From the human T2T-CHM13v2.0 reference genome, Homo sapiens: DNA of 64,000 nucleotides. Location: NCBI RefSeq assembly GCF_009914755.1, contig NC_060947.1. The stretch is one strand, 5' to 3'. The notes beneath the pieces were generated by a model. That model was given only the letters and a program-made list of their open reading frames with translations. It did not search any database and was not told where the DNA came from. Position numbers and translations under genes: made by a program. Below, in pieces: positions 44,701 through 57,394 of this stretch. Position 1 is the stretch's first letter, and each line of letters starts with the position of its first letter.

Positions 44701-45242
44701 TGTCAGGGCTAAGGGGAAAGTTCCCATTTGCCAGCAGAAGCTTTGCTGAAAAATCAACTCACAAAAATCAGAATAGGAGAAAAGGCATACAAATTTATTT
44801 AACGTGTATACATGGGAGCCCATAGGTACAGGGAGAATTTTCTATTTTTATGCTTAGGTTCAGTAAAATATGGACAGTTGTACAGAAATAGGATTGGACA
44901 AAAAGGGCTAATCTAATACTATAGGGGCCCTCTCTGAAACGGGGGTCTTAGGACCTACAGTCAAACAAGGTAGGTCAGATAATTTCTTCATGGCCAGTTT
45001 CTACACAGGAACGTTGGGGGAGGAAGTTAGAGTAATATATTTAGGTGTTATGGCTGGCTTTTGGAAAAGAGGTTCTGGTTTCTATGACCCGCCTTGGGGA
45101 AGATGGATTCTAGTTTCTACGACACCTTGGAGAGAATGGGAGTGAGAGACAGGAGGGCAGGAGAAGGTCAAAGAGAAACTTTTGCTTTTCAGAGTGCTTT
45201 TGAGGCTTTCATTTTTGGGGTATTGTTTTCTGAGTCCCGACA
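44701..45242 (-). mobile_element. MER34/MER39-group ERV1 solo LTR
   Basis: Reverse strand starts TGTCGGGACTCAGAAAACAATACCCCAAAA...GACCTTCTCCTGCCCTCCTGTCTCTC; AATAAA seen as TTTATT. Confidence 0.8.
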
Positions 45243-46109
45243 TCATCAAACTGTACTGTAACTGTTACAACTATTTCATTTAATAAAATATAGATGTGTC
45301 CACATCAGTACATGCTGGCAAACTTGTTCTTTGTAATGGCTATATAACATTTCATGATACGAACATACTAAAATTTATTTACCAGTTCCTGTATTGATAG
45401 GTATATGGGGTGTTTCTATGTTTTATTATAGCAAATAATGCTGTAATGTTTATTTGTTAGGAATTATGTCTATTCAAATGACTTACAAAATATAGTCTGC
45501 TTTAAAATAGAAGCTTCTTTGAGAATAAATTATGTTTTCTTTTTTGCCACTAAGTCCAATTTCTGGTGCTTATTTAAAAATCTTAGTATTATAAAATGCT
45601 TTGAAACAAGGAATAAAAACACTATACAGTAATTGTATGATGAATTTAATGTTTACATAATAAAGATAGGCATTTATTTTAATTACCCAAATTTTGGCAG
45701 ATGTCCCTTCTGCTTTCCTCTATCAATTAGTTACATTACTGATGATGGTGTTTTTGAACAGAGCCTAATTTCGTCTCATCAGCATCACTGAAAAGAATTG
45801 AAATCACAATTACTATTTTTAGTTATTTCTCTTGTGTCATTTCTTACTTTTAGCATAAATGGAAGCTATTTAAATATTTAGATCATGAATTTGGATTTGT
45901 GTCTGCTGTTCTGTGTGTTATAAATTTGGAATTATGTTATATATTAATGATATATGTTAAGAAATGGTGAAAAACAAAAAATTGCCCCCCTTTCACCAAG
46001 TCTTGTTGGGGCCTGAGATATTCTAAGAGAATGTATTTTCAGATACAATAAATTGAAGTATACTTTCTGAAAATATTTTAACCATTTTAATGGAAGTGAT
46101 CCTAAATCA

Positions 46110-46310
46110 GTATTAGTCACCTCTTAGAGTGTTTGTTTTCTATTCCTAGTAACCACAAACAGTGGCTTAAAACAGCACATTTATTCTCTGAATTTCCATG
46201 GGTCAGGAAGTTGAGCACAGGTTAAGTGGGTCCTCTGCTCAGGATCTCATCAGGTTGCCACCAAGAGGGTGACGAGCCTGGGGATCACCTTAGAATTCTG
46301 TCTTTCCGTG
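46110..46310 (-). mobile_element. MLT1 LTR fragment
   Basis: AGTGGCTTAAAACAGCACATTTATT...GGGTCCTCTGCTCAGGATCTCA. Confidence 0.65.
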
Positions 46311-46689
46311 ATTATCTTCTCAGACTGTATTATACTTCATTTAATAAATTTTGAAAATGCAGAGCAACATTATGAATATCCATTCCCATACTTTGCTATT
46401 ATATAGAACACAATTCTCTATCAGCTCTTGAGTTACAGAAACAATCACTTCTGCCTTTGCCTTTTAATCTTTGCTTGAGGGTTGGTTTCCAGAGGCCTGA
46501 GTTTACTAGACAGTTTAGATAAAAAATTAATGGGAAGTGCTTATATAAGCATCTGCATGTTATGCACACTAATTTACTTGTTTCAGAGGGGAAGGGAGAT
46601 GAGGGAAATGTGGCAATTTGGGGGTTGTAGTAAATAATTTTTAGGGGAAAATTAATGGTCTTGCAGAACATGTAGTGGCCCGGGACAAA

Positions 46690-47041
46690 GTCTCTTAGGC
46701 CCACAGACCAGACAATGATTTGTGACTAAAGTCTGTCCATGTGTCTTGACAAACTTCAGTCTCTTTTCCCACTTAACCTGTGCTCAGTATCTTTTCCTGA
46801 AATATGAGTTAAGTTAACAAAAACTCCAGGAAGGAACCAGAGGCAATTGTTTTCTTCTTTGGCAAGTCCGGACATGAGGCAGATAGGGGAAGTTTAGAGA
46901 ACACCTTCAGCCTTTATTTTGGGAGACACAAAAGATTGAGAGATGGGGGAATGAGGGGATGTTAGAGAGACTTTGAATCGACTTCTTCAGGCCAGCATGT
47001 CAAAGTGCCATATTTTGGATATCGGTTTCTGGGCCCCAACA
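46690..47041 (-). mobile_element. MER39-like ERV1 LTR, partial
   Basis: Reverse strand starts TGTTGGGGCCCAGAAACCGATATCCAAAATATGGCACTTTGACATGCTG. Confidence 0.75.
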
Positions 47042-47298
47042 AGAGTCAATCATAAAATAAAATGGCTTTAAGCTCATTGCAAGGTAAGTAGGAAAATAAA
47101 TGCCAATAAATAAGAATTTTATACCATGATGTGGTGTACAAGTATACACACAAGTGTGCAAGTGTTTCTTATTTACGATGAAACAAAAGGTGATGAAACT
47201 AAAATATCTAATTAAATATAATTATTAAAATTATTATATGTGATTATATTTAAAAATGATTAAAAGATGCATTTAGCGACTATTTCATTTCACTAAGT

Positions 47299-47524
47299 GA
47301 GTGATTTTTCATCCAGGGGTCATTTTGCAACCCCCCTCCCTGCCCAGAGATATTTGGCAATGTCTGGAGACATTTTTCCTTGTCATAACTGGGGGACGGG
47401 TTGCTTCTGGCAGCTAATGAGTAGAGGCCAGGGATGCTGCTAAATATCCTGCAATCCACGCAACAGCCCCCGTATCAAAGAATTATCTAGGCCAATAGTC
47501 AATAGTGTTGGGGTTTAGAAACTG
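47299..47524. mobile_element. MER20, full length
   Basis: TTTGGCAATGTCTGGAGACATTTTT...GTAGAGGCCAGGGATGCTGCTAAA; 8-bp TSD CACTAAGT/TACTAAGT. Confidence 0.9.
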
Positions 47525-48028
47525 TACTAAGTGAAAAAAGCAGTCTCTAAACCTATTTTATTCTATGTCATTTTTTTACACTTTTAATAAGCTATCTTTA
47601 TTGTTCATTTTAAACAATTGTATTATTCAAATATTTAACATTTATTGAGACATTTCACCTGACTTAGTGTACAGACACCTTTTATAAATGCCCCACATGT
47701 GCTTAAGAAGAACGTACATTCTCTGTTCAGGATTCTAAATATACTAAATAAAAAATGTATCTAATGTTAGATCTAAATCCTTACTAACTTGTGTACGCTT
47801 GATCTAATAATGGTGTGTTGAAATCTCTCACTTTTATTGTTTTGTTCAATTTTTATTTGCAGTTGTATCATTAAAAAGTTTGGAACTATTTTGTTAGGTA
47901 CATACAAATTCATGATTGTCCTATCTTGTTAAAGTGTTGTTCCCTTCATCATAATTTGGTGTGCTTTTTTATCCGTACTCATAATATTTCATCTAATGTC
48001 TTTTTGTCTGATAGTACTAGTGTCACAA

Positions 48029-49025
48029 TTTTTTTTCAACTTTTATTTTAGATTCAGGTGGTACATGTGTAGGTTTGTTAACTGGTTATATTGCGTGATG
48101 ATGAGGTTTGGGGTACGAATGATCCTGTCACCCAGGTACTGAGCATAGTACCCAACAGTTTTTCAATCCTTGTCCCCCTTCCTCCTGCCCCCCATAGTAG
48201 TCCCCAGTGTCGATTGTTGCCACATTTATGTCCATGCATACCCAATGTTTAACTCCCACTTAGAATATGCAACTTTTGGTTTTCTGTTCCTGCATTAAAT
48301 CATGGAGGATAACGGCCTCCAGCTGCATCCATGTTGCTGCAAAGAACATGATTTTGTTCTTTTTTATAGTGGGGTGGTATTGCATAGTGTATATGTACCA
48401 TATTTTTAAAAATCCAATCCACCATTGATGGGCACTTAAGTTGATTCCATGTCTGCTATTGTGAATAGCGTAGCAATAAACATGTGAGTGTATGTGTGTT
48501 TTTGGTAGAATAACACTACTGGGTATCTATCCTCTGGCTGGCTTTTGGAAAAGGGGTTCTGGTTTCTATGACCTGCCTTGTGGAAGATGGATTCTAGTTT
48601 CTATGACACCTTGGAGAGAATGGGAGTGAGAGACAGTACCATTTCTTAACATATATCATTAATATGTATTCTTTGGGTAGATACCCAGTAGTGGGATTGC
48701 TGGGTCAAATGGTAGTTCTGTTTTAAGTTCTTTAAGGAATCTCCTGACTGCTTTCCACAGTGGCTGAACTAATTTATATTCTCACCAACAGTGTATAAAC
48801 GTTCCCTTTTCTCCACAGCCTCACTAGGAACTGGTTTTTTTTTTTTTTTTTGATATTTTAATAATAGCTATTCAGACTGGCAGGAGATGGTATCTCATTG
48901 TGGTTTTTATTTGCATTTCTGTGATGATTAATATTGTTGAGCATTTTTTCATATGTTGCTGGCTGTTTATGTGTCTTTTTTTTTTTTGAGGTGTGTGTTC
49001 ACATCTTTTGCCCGTTTTTTAATGG
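48029..49025 (-). mobile_element. L1PA15/16-like 3' end carrying a complex insertion at 48514-48665
   Basis: Collinear with the L1 at 36050-36890 except for the insert. Confidence 0.9.
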
Positions 49026-49536
49026 ACAAAGCTATTTTAAATAATGATTCCAATACTGTGAAAGAAGCCCCAACTATATATTTTCCTAGCTATTTATATA
49101 ATGTATCTATAAAGAATCAGACTTCCCCCCACTATCTATAAGATAAGAACATTATTTTATGTAAAAGTTAGTGCTGAATGGATCATTGGCCTGGAATGAA
49201 AGAGTCAATCTATGAAGTCGCCTCACTTCTTACTCACTTGTCTTTACCTGTTGTGTGTATCTGGTTGTCCTGTCTCCCCGTTCATCTAACATCTCTTTTA
49301 AAATTGTATGCCTTGTAGTCACTACTCTCCTACATAGTTATTATATGTATTCTTTGTGTTTACATGTAATGAGTCAAGATTATATATGTAATTTAATGTG
49401 CTGTGTATCTGAGTCTGCTGCTGCACATTTCTCTCTGATCCCATGCTATTTAGGAATAGTAACAATTTATTTTCCTGCATAATATCTACTATGTGCTTCA
49501 CTAAATCTTCCTGTGTGGTAGATAAGATTAGGCTAC

Positions 49537-50048
49537 TACAGGGGAGGAAAAAGTAATTTTCCCTCTAGCCTTCCAAGTTCTTGGTTGGGGCCTCTATGCC
49601 AAAAGACAGATTAACAAGAGAAAGACAAGTTTATTAATGTGTTTATCTCATGTGTATGTGGGAGATGCCCAGGAAAATGAGTAAATGTCAAAGAAGTGGC
49701 TTAGAGCTTGGGTTATATATCATCTTCAGCTAAAACAAAGAAAGAAGGGTGTGGGGGAGGCAAGTTATGGGAAGGTGACCAGGAAAAACACAAGAATAAG
49801 GTCTGTTGTGCAGACTTGGGTGAGTGAGTCTCTAGTGATTTAGTTGTCCTTCTGTTTCTGGTATAGAGAGGAAGTTACCCTTACAAATGGGAGATTTCCT
49901 TTATCAGTGTAAATTTCCCTTACAACAGGGTAACTTCTACTCTGTTTTCAGGGCTTCTCTGTATCTGCAGTTTCTCAAAATAATCAGCTCAAAATAATTC
50001 TTATGCAAAAGAGGCATATTTTGGGGTGGCATAATCTGGTCTCCTGCA
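49537..50048 (-). mobile_element. MER34 ERV1 solo LTR
   Basis: Reverse strand starts TGCAGGAGACCAGATTATGCCACCCCAAAATATGCCTCTTTTGCATAAGAATTATTTTGAGCTG. Confidence 0.85.
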
Positions 50049-51057
50049 ATACCCATTGGGGAGATGAGGTAAGTGGTAAAAAGAGAGATGAAGTTAACCA
50101 GTTAGGAAGATACAGAAATGAGTGGCCAAATGGAGTCCTACAATTTGGAGAAAAACACAAAGAAGCAAACAAATACAAAAGAAAGAAACTAAGTCATGTT
50201 TAATTTATGATTGCCACATGCTAAAGGCAGGTGATATTTATTTGGAAACTCAAAAATGAAATCTTACATTTTATAGTAAGAATAAATATGATTATAGGGG
50301 TATTTGCTTTTTAAAATCCATTTTAAAATAATTCACTTATTTTCATGCATTTTTCTGTTCCATTATATTGAAGAACATTTTTGTTACCCCAAAAACTCAA
50401 GGTCAAACATATATTTATTATAAATTAAGGTGTGTTGAGCTGATATTAGGGAGATTTCACTAAAATATATTTTGACCTAATTTGAGGAGACTAATGTTCT
50501 TATGCTTAGCAAGATGTGAAACACAATTTGTATCTGAATGCATTTAGAAGACACAAATAAATAAGTCTCTATTCAGTCTTAGTAGCCTTAAAATTTTTAA
50601 TTAATAAACTAAAACTTGATGTAAAATACCAGAGTACAGTCATAGGAATAAAATATAATTACACTTTCCTGGCCTCCTCCTGCCCTGAGCTCCACTGTGA
50701 TTCTACTGTTTCCATATAACCTCTGTGTCTATGCATAAATGCTCATGGACTAAACTTTTTTTCATTACTGGAAACATTCTGGGAAACATTTCACTAGACA
50801 ATGTATTGCGGTTATCTTTTTCAGTACATACAAATCCATTTCGCTGTTTTGTAGCTTTATGGTATTCCAAAATATGTATGTAATAAATTTAACCATTAAT
50901 ATAGATTATTTGGGTGAAAATGCCCAATTTTCTCAATATTGAGTCTTCCCTTCCAGTTTCTCTTTTAATTCAATCTTTTAAAATACACTTTAATATTTTA
51001 TAATTTTATTCATATAGGGCCACCACATTTCTTATTAAGCTTATTCCTAGTAGTTTA

Positions 51058-51177
51058 TTTTTATTTTTGTTTTTTGAGACAGGGTCTCACTCTGTCACCC
51101 AGGCTGGAGTACAGTGGCGCAATCTCGGCTCACTGCAACCTCTGCCTCCAAGACTCAAGTCATTCTCTCTCCTCAGC
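51058..51177 (-). mobile_element. Truncated AluJ-type fragment within old L1M sequence
   Basis: GAGACAGGGTCTCACTCTGTCACCCAGGCTGG...CCTCAGC. Confidence 0.85.
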
Positions 51178-51656
51178 AGTGTTTTAGTATTTGTTTCTTT
51201 TCTTCATGTTTGGTGGGTGGGTGGATAGATAAATGTGTGGAGCAGAGGTTGTTTGTGCTGTTGTCAAAAACTCTTTTATTTTTTTCTAATTATATTTTCT
51301 AACTGGTTATTGGTGGTTATAGGGCAACTTTGGTTTTATAAGATTTTCTATCTCACATGTTACTGAGTTTTGTTAGTTTTACTGATTTTTCTATTGAGCT
51401 GCTAGAATTTTCTAGATAGAAAATTTGTGTCAGAATATTATGACAAAAACAGTTATAGCCATTTCCCAATGTTTATGCTTATATTATTTATATATTGAAT
51501 CATATAGGACTTCCAGTCCAATGTTGATTAGTCGAGATGAGAATGGGTATGTTTGCCTTATTAATGGCTTTATGGCAATGCTTCTAATATTCTATCACCA
51601 AGAGTGATGTTTACCATAGATTTCTGGTAGACCTCTTTATTCAAATTAAGAATGCT

Positions 51657-51974
<318 letters not shown>

Positions 51975-52129
51975 TCACCATTCCTATATTAGTTTTTCTT
52001 AAAGAACAAATATTGAAATTTATCAAATGCTTTTTATTATCTACTGAAAAGATAATAAGCTTTTCTGCTTTAACAGAGTAATGCAATTAAATCCATATAT
52101 ACATTTTAAAATAATGATTGCATTGTTAT

Positions 52130-52325
52130 TTAACATAGACCCCATCTGTACAAAAATAAAAAGAAAAATAATTATCCAGGTGCAGTGGCACATGCCTGTA
52201 GTCCTAGCCACTCATGTGGCTAAGGTGGCAGGATCACTTGAGCCTAGGAGTTTGGGGCTAAAGTGAGCCAAGCTTGCAGCACTGCACTCCAACCTGGGTG
52301 ACAGAGCAAGACCCTAACAACAAAA
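52130..52325 (+). mobile_element. Partial AluJ/FRAM
   Basis: AACATAGACCCCATCTGTACAAAAA...GGATCACTTGAGCCTAGGAG...GACAGAGCAAGACCC. Confidence 0.85.
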
Positions 52326-53799
52326 CCCATCTATGCCTTTGTGGGGGTTAATTTTGACTACCCTTTCCAATTCTTCTTTGGTTATTTGGCATTTCATGTT
52401 ATCTGTATCTCCTTATTTTGCAAATTTATATTTTCATAGAAAACTGTTTATTTCATCTAGGTTTTCAAATTAGTGTCATGTATAGAGAAAAACAAATGGA
52501 TTCACTTTTGTTTTGATAAAGACATCTAAATTCCACTCAGAGTATAATGTTGCACCTCATTCTACTTAAAATACTTGAAGTTTGTGGGCTGAGTTTCCAG
52601 TGAACCTTCCATATGTCTATATGTGCCTATCAGTTCAAAAGCAATTGACACATTGGCATTCTTAGCTGTTCTGTACTTAGCTGTAAGCCAGGAAGTTGCA
52701 TCTTTGAAAGTCAACTGTATTTGTGCATCACGGAATTGTTTGTGGCAAACCATATTATTTTTTGACCACTACTTATTCCAGGCATTGTTCTAGGTACTTT
52801 ACATATGTAATCACTGACATTGCACAAATGATATAATACGTACTTAAGGCAATATTGTATTTCTTCAACGTTCCAGGACAAGTTTGTGTCAGAGTTGGGA
52901 TTTGAACCAAATTTTGTGGCAGCAGGGGAAAATTCATGAGAGAGTACCATATCCCTGGCACAGATTTGAATTGTTATAGAACTAGAGCTTTTTAGGGATC
53001 TAGATATATCTGTATACTCCAAGAATATGCCTCCTGTGCCTATTTTAAGCCTGGCAGACATTTGGCCAGGAAATGTGTCTGATGTGTGACTTACTAGTCA
53101 GGTGCCTTTTTCTAGAGGTGAATGAAGGCATGTTTTAAATCTATTACTGAAAATACTTGAATGTAGAGCTTTAGAATTGTTGATAATCAAAGTGAGGTGC
53201 AGATGAGTAAAAAGTGAGGTACACTGAGGGTAATCTGTGCAGGAGTAAGAAATCATCATCCAGATTATTATGTGATTCTTCCAGTGCTCAAAAAGGAAAC
53301 AGGTTATAGGAATCCCTGACAATATATCCTGGGATAAAATTTATTCTGGAGCTTTATACAGTAATTAGTTGAGCTCCAAAACAATTGAAAATGTTCATTT
53401 CAGTGGATTAATATAACAGTTTTTAATAAGGATTACTAAAAATTTTCTGTCTCGTTTAACAATAATGGGCTTATTTGTGAAGGAAGAAATATGGTTTGAA
53501 CCCTTCAGGTTAGTAATAAGTACACAGAATCCATATGATTTTTATATGTCAGTGTGCATATTAATAATATCCATTTACTAAAGGAAGAGAAGGCAATTAA
53601 CATAAAAATAGAGTAATTAAGCTTGTGTAGTTTGTTAAAGGATGTAAAGATTCCTACTTGCAAATCCTATTGAATACTATTGAAATCATTCTCAGTTGGC
53701 AAATTGAGTGGGTCTTATAACTTTTAAGAAGCCAGTGAATACTAGAAGGAAATAAATCACTAAACCTTTAAACAGATTTCTGTATGAGCTCCAGGTATT

Positions 53800-54149
53800 C
53801 TGGTTTATCCCTTTCAAACAGAGCTGTTCCTGGCCAGGCTTAGGTGCTGAGCCACTGCGAGAAGCAGGTGGCTGGAAATGCACAGTGACTCATGGTAGAA
53901 GAAGGGAAGAAAGGGAGAGTGTTTCCAGCCAACGCCAAACAGTGACTGTTGACAATTTCATATTGTCATCAGGGGAACCAAGGCTTATTCAGATGCCTAT
54001 TTCAGAACCTAGGACAGTTCCATTGAAAAGGCGCAGGCGTTCGGGCTGGCTGACTAGATGGATCAGGCCTGGCTGCCTGATGGCTATATTCCTCCTTCCT
54101 CCCTCTCCACTTCCATCTCAACCCTTGAGGCTGCATATTGAATGTGAGT
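53800..54149 (+). promoter_or_regulatory. Candidate promoter/enhancer plus non-coding first exon ending at a 5' splice site (54143/54144)
   Basis: Repeat-free, locally GC-richer; AP-1 TGACTCA at 53886-53892; NRF1-like GCGCAGGCGT at 54031-54040; donor AAT|GTGAGT followed by a T/G-rich tract. Confidence 0.45.
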
Positions 54150-55430
54150 AGCTCTTCTGGCTTTGTGTGTTGCTGCAGCAGTCTGCCTACTGTGGCTGTT
54201 CTTGTTTCTGCTTTTGGTTTGGTGGTTCAAGGCTGCCTTTGATGATTATTTCGAACAAAGTATTCCCTAAATACTAATATTCCAGAAGTAGATGGGGACA
54301 TAGACACACCTTATGATTTGTCCTTGGTTTTTATACCTTGAAGGAAGGCTCTCTTTTGATCGAAGTAATTTTAATGTTTATATGTTTAGAAATCCAAATT
54401 TGTACTTTGGAATTATGTGAGAAATTACTCATTTTTTCAGTCTATATAAGTCTCATTTATGTTGTAGTTCTAGTCTTACTCATTATTAAGTTTCACAAAT
54501 CAGCCACTATTGTTTAAACATTTAAATCTAACTCTATTCCTCCTCTGGGAACTATATCATGTCACAGCTATTGGGTTAAATATGAGAAATTTCATGTGTT
54601 TCAGAAAATGAAATCATTTGGTTGGGGTCCAAGATTAACTTGTTAGATAAAAATATCCTGCAGTGAATTAAGTTTCAGCAAGTTTCCAATTTTGTTTCCT
54701 TCTCCTGCTATTTTTATTAACTCAAATAAATTAAATTTTCTTCCAAAAAATAATACCCACCCGAGATCCTTCTTTTAGGATGTCTATTCAAGTCATCTTC
54801 TGTTCCCAAAATATACACTATGTAGTTTTAGGATCTTTATCCATGTGTAGGAGCAAAATGATGTGGCACTAATATCAGATTTGAAGGGGTGTTACCTAGG
54901 AAACAAATCAAATTCTAAGACTGTCTTTTCTGTAATCTTTCATGATTGGAGATAAACCCTTGAAATTTAACTTCCCAAGAATATGCCTTTTTGTGAGCAT
55001 GATGCGCACAGGAACAATGAAAGGGATCAATTAAACAAATATATTTGTTGGGATGTTCATTATTTCTTTTCTGCTTTTTGCCCTTTAAACAACTTGAGTT
55101 CTGTTTGCACTTTAACAAATATAACTACTTTGGGCATGTTCATGGGGGTAGGAAGAATTTAATTATGGAATATTTAGGTTTTTAAAAGTTTTGGATATTT
55201 GGAAGTCAATAAAATGTAGGGAATTCATATATTGTAGACCACCTAAGTTCCCCAAATAATGTTTTATTATAGGTTTTCTAAAAAAAAATCTGGATGGTTT
55301 TTTTTTATAGGAACACTATATTTTAGGCATCATTTGGTGGGAAACCCTATTGTAAAACTCAAACTATATTTTCTCTAGTTTATATTCCAAATACCTAAAA
55401 AAAAAAACAGAGCAGCAGTCCCCAAGTTTT

Positions 55431-55737
<307 letters not shown>

Positions 55738-55785
55738 AGCAGTCCCCAAGTTTTAAGGAAGCACTGAACTCCATGACAGGTTTAG

Positions 55786-56283
<498 letters not shown>

Positions 56284-56416
56284 AGTGGAGATACTTTTAA
56301 TGTAAAACAAAATTGTGTGTTCTCAAGTTCTGTCACAGTTTTGGCATGCCCAAGTTACTGATCTGATTACTCAGTATAGTACATCTTTTCCCCTATTTTC
56401 ACAGTACTTAACTGTT

Positions 56417-56934
56417 GTATAGGCAGAGTAATGGCCCTGCAGAGGTGTTCATGTCCTAATCCCAGAACCAGTAAATATGTTACCTCATATGCCAAAGGGA
56501 ATCTGCAGACATGATTAAGCTAAGGATCTTCAGATGGGGAGATAGATTTTCCTGGATCATCTGGATGGACTCCATGTCATCCTGAGGGTCCTTATAAGAG
56601 GGAGTCAGTAGGGTCAGTGTCTGAGAAAGATGGAAGCAGAGGTGAGAGAGGGAGAGGGAAATGATTTGAAGATGCTATGCTGCTGGCTTTGCTAATGAAG
56701 GAAGGCACCATGACCTGAGGAATGTGGGTGGCCTCTAGAAGCTGAAAAAGGCAATGGAATAGGTTCTCTCCTACAGACTCTAGACGAAACACAGTGCCAC
56801 TGACACCTTGACCTTGGCCCAGTGAAACCCATTTTGGACTTCTGGCCTTCAGAAGTGTAAGAAAATAAATTAACACTGCTTTAAGCGCCTAAATTTGTGA
56901 TAATCTGCTATAGCAGCAAGAAGAAACTAACGCA
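56417..56934 (+). mobile_element. MLT1D MaLR solo LTR
   Basis: AGGCAGAGTAATGGCCC...CATGTCCTAATCCCAGAACC...GGCCTCTAGAAGCTG...AGCAGCAAGAAGAAACTAA. Confidence 0.88.
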
Positions 56935-57394
56935 ATAAAAATTTTGTTTTTTTTCAAATGAAAGCTACTTTTCTCTGATTATAATAATAAGCTCAGATTT
57001 TTAAAAATATTTACTCTTCAGAAAAACTATAAAGGGAGGAAGGAAACCATCATTTGGGGAACACAGCAGATCTATTGACAACTAATCTGTGTTGTTACCT
57101 TTTGACCCTCAAGCTCCTCCCCTCCTCTGCTTTCCCACTGCTGAAGTCTATGTATGCAGTATGACAGAGTATGTTTAAATGAAACTATGGAACTAGGCTG
57201 TTTATTTTTCTAACTTTCCTCCTTAACTGTGAACTCTTAGAGCTCGGTTTTCTTTGGTTTCATTCCTGACTTTTATCAAAATTCCTAACACACAGTAGAT
57301 CAATAATTGGTTAACTTGTCGATTAGTTGATTAATGGATTGAATGCTATTAAAACAGAGCACTCTATATAAATACCCATTAAGTAACAAATGTA

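Noticed and set aside
53935-53952. CAGTGA as a possible iron-responsive element loop
   Set aside because: The five bases on either side (CCAAA and CTGTT) do not pair as an IRE upper stem
53885-54151. 88-aa ORF over the candidate exon
   Set aside because: Non-ATG start and no recognisable protein similarity; kept only as a possible UTR or uORF region
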